A stretch of 44,613 nucleotides of DNA from a virus (lineage: Duplodnaviria; Caudoviricetes), in IMG/VR virus record IMGVR_UViG_3300048893_000087, positions 1-44,613 of that record; one strand, given 5' to 3'. Positions within the stretch are counted from its first letter, which is position 1, and every line of letters starts with the position of its first letter. This document shows positions 42,811-44,613 of this stretch, in pieces. The notes below the pieces were generated by a model. It worked only from the letters and a program-made list of their open reading frames with translations, did no database searches and was not told the origin of the DNA. Both the position numbers and the translations under genes were made by a program.

Positions 42811-44613
42811 AGGTGCCCCCGCATAGCCGACTGAGGGTTGGATGCGGCTACGGATCACATCGGCGAGCGTATTCAGCTTGGGCGTGTCGCGCGGGGAAAG
42901 CGCAGCTCCGACGAGCTTGCGAATGCCCGGTGCATAAGGAAGCGTAGCGCCGAGAGCCGCCACTGGTAGGGCTGGATTGACATAGGCGGCGCCAGTCAGC
43001 GCACCCGTAGCAAGGCCGCGATCAATGCTGCCGCTATTCGGCAAAGTATCCTTCAGGCCCCGCCCCGCGTCGAGATAGTCGCTTAGATAGGTGTCACCCT
43101 CCAAATAGGCGTTCGTCTTGCCGAGTGCGCGGCGCTCGACAGACTGAAGCTCGCCTACGGTAAACCGCCCGGGATCGGAGCCCGCCATGCGTGCGGCATC
43201 TTTCAGCGGCTTGAACTGCGCATAGCCCTTGTCCGCTGCGTCCATGAGCGTGACAGCGGCAGGATCGGAATTACGGCGCGCACCAGCATCAAGGATGCTG
43301 AGATAGTCCTTCAGGGCCGTCTTGAGCTCTGGCTTGCTCGTGTTGGTGATCGTCTTGCGCAGATCGGACGCGGCTTTCTTGTACGCGTCGCCCGTCAGCT
43401 CGCCATTCCGCATGCGGCTGCCCACCTGATTTACGATCGTCTTCTCGAGCTGTTTCGTGGCCTCTCCGTCCAACGCATATGAGCCGTTGGTCACCGCTTG
43501 CTGAAACTGCCCGAAGTCCTGCCCGTATTGCTGATCGGGGACAAACTTCATGCCAGAGCGCGCTTTGTCGTAGATCTGATCGAACGCCTTGCGCGTATAG
43601 GCTATGGCGTCGCCGCCCGGGCCAACGCCAGCCGGCAGAGCCTCCTTCTCGGTAGCTGAAACAATGCCCGCATCATCGACTTTTGGGATTTCGCGAAGCG
43701 CGCGGCTATATCCAGCCGTCTCCCACTGATCGCGAGCTTCCTGCCTGGCACCCTTCACCATCTGGCCAAGGACGGGGATGCTTTGAAGCGCCTGTTCTGT
43801 CGTGTTGGCGGCGTCGCCTACCCAGCCCTCGCCTGCGAAGCGCTGACCGATTGTCGGGCGCACGCCATCCGGTGCCACAGTGGCGTAGCGGCCTCCCTTG
43901 GGGCCTACGAGGCCAGCCGCAGCGCCGAGGGCGCCACGCGCGGCTATACCTCCTCCCAGGCCGATCAAGGCGCCCGTTCCCACGTCGCCAAGCGTCGCAT
44001 CTTCGCCGTGAAGGCCGTAGTTCGCAGCGCCGCCGTAGATCGCGTCTGCGGCAAGCAACCGCGGCGCCAGTACGCCCGCACCAGCCGTAAGGCCAGCGCG
44101 CGCCAACCCCGCTTCTACCGTAGCCCCCGCCAACGCTCCGCCCACCAGCGTCCCGCCCAGCGCTGATTTCGGGTGCTCTGCCTCAACCTGAGCAATGCCG
44201 GCTCGCGTCAATTCCGGGTTCTTCGTCAGACGCGCCATGTTGAACGCCGATAGCGCGTCCGCTGCAGCGATCGTGCCCGCGCCCAAATCCGTATTCCCGC
44301 CGCTGTTCAGCACAGTGCGAATGGCCCCGGTCGGAACGAACTTGTCCTCGAGCTGGCGGACATCGTAATGCGACAATGGCACGCGCGGGTTCTTGGCGCG
44401 AAACTCGATTTGCTGCTGAGCGGTCGCGAAGGCCTGCGGATCAGTGATGCCGACCGACTTCAGATAACCGAGTATCTTGTCCGCAGGCTCGCCGCTACCG
44501 AGCATCTGAAGGTATTTCGCGCTGACGCCGGCCTTCAGCGGATCATGGACGCGCTCATACGAATCCTTGGGCAGTTCCGCGCCGTCCGGGCCTTTTGCAA
44601 CGCCTAGCGTTGG
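42778..44613 (-). CDS. Large DNA ejection protein, C-terminal part (begins at 828 across the junction)
   Basis: Open frame from the contig end to 42778; Gly/Ala-rich membrane-like segments; LPNSGS motif. Confidence 0.75.
   Translation of the reverse strand, partial: PTLGVAKGPDGAELPKDSYERVHDPLKAGVSAKYLQMLGSGEPADKILGYLKSVGITDPQAFATAQQQIEFRAKNPRVPLSHYDVRQLEDKFVPTGAIRTVLNSGGNTDLGAGTIAAADALSAFNMARLTKNPELTRAGIAQVEAEHPKSALGGTLVGGALAGATVEAGLARAGLTAGAGVLAPRLLAADAIYGGAANYGLHGEDATLGDVGTGALIGLGGGIAARGALGAAAGLVGPKGGRYATVAPDGVRPTIGQRFAGEGWVGDAANTTEQALQSIPVLGQMVKGARQEARDQWETAGYSRALREIPKVDDAGIVSATEKEALPAGVGPGGDAIAYTRKAFDQIYDKARSGMKFVPDQQYGQDFGQFQQAVTNGSYALDGEATKQLEKTIVNQVGSRMRNGELTGDAYKKAASDLRKTITNTSKPELKTALKDYLSILDAGARRNSDPAAVTLMDAADKGYAQFKPLKDAARMAGSDPGRFTVGELQSVERRALGKTNAYLEGDTYLSDYLDAGRGLKDTLPNSGSIDRGLATGALTGAAYVNPALPVAALGATLPYAPGIRKLVGAALSPRDTPKLNTLADVIRSRIQPSVGYAGAPLAVDYLGSQP
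44587..44613 (+). repeat. Terminal direct repeat, copy 2
   Basis: Identical to 1-27. Confidence 0.95.

Larger units (their letters stand above)
1..44613. mobile_element. Complete circular temperate phage genome (podovirus-like, alphaproteobacterial host)
   Basis: Terminal 27-nt overlap; terminase, portal, capsid, tail, lysis, CI/Cro, integrase and intact attP all present; no host genes seen. Confidence 0.95.

Noticed and set aside
44587-44613. 27-nt terminal repeat as biological phage DTR or att site
   Set aside because: It lies inside a coding frame that reads through once one copy is removed; best explained as assembly overlap

Overview
The window is an apparently complete, circular temperate phage genome of about 44.59 kb. 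Bases 1-27 are repeated at 44587-44613, and one ORF reads through the junction. The gene set points to a podovirus-like phage with an alphaproteobacterial host, probably Sphingomonadaceae (SSB sequence style, GTTC-N7-GTTC SOS box). The minus strand carries Cro, early/replication/recombination genes (C5-MTase-like, HNHs, RusA, initiator, Rad52/Sak-like, SSB, NinB), then terminases, portal, a GroES-like protein, scaffold, capsid, P22-like tail genes, a 2OG-Fe(II) hydroxylase plus GNAT pair, ejection proteins, two SGNH tail spikes and a lysis cassette. The plus strand carries a CI-like repressor without a peptidase domain and a long run of small accessory genes, interrupted by xis-int-attP. The most unusual features are: (1) two non-canonical tRNA-like elements, each with its own putative promoter, filling intergenic gaps of the lysis cassette in antisense; (2) a LexA-boxed ORF antisense to the 3' end of the repressor; (3) an attP carrying the 5' half of tRNA-Arg(CCU) together with a replacement promoter; and (4) repeated junction sequences and SD-occluding hairpins in the accessory region. 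All product calls come from motif recognition and gene order, not from database searches.
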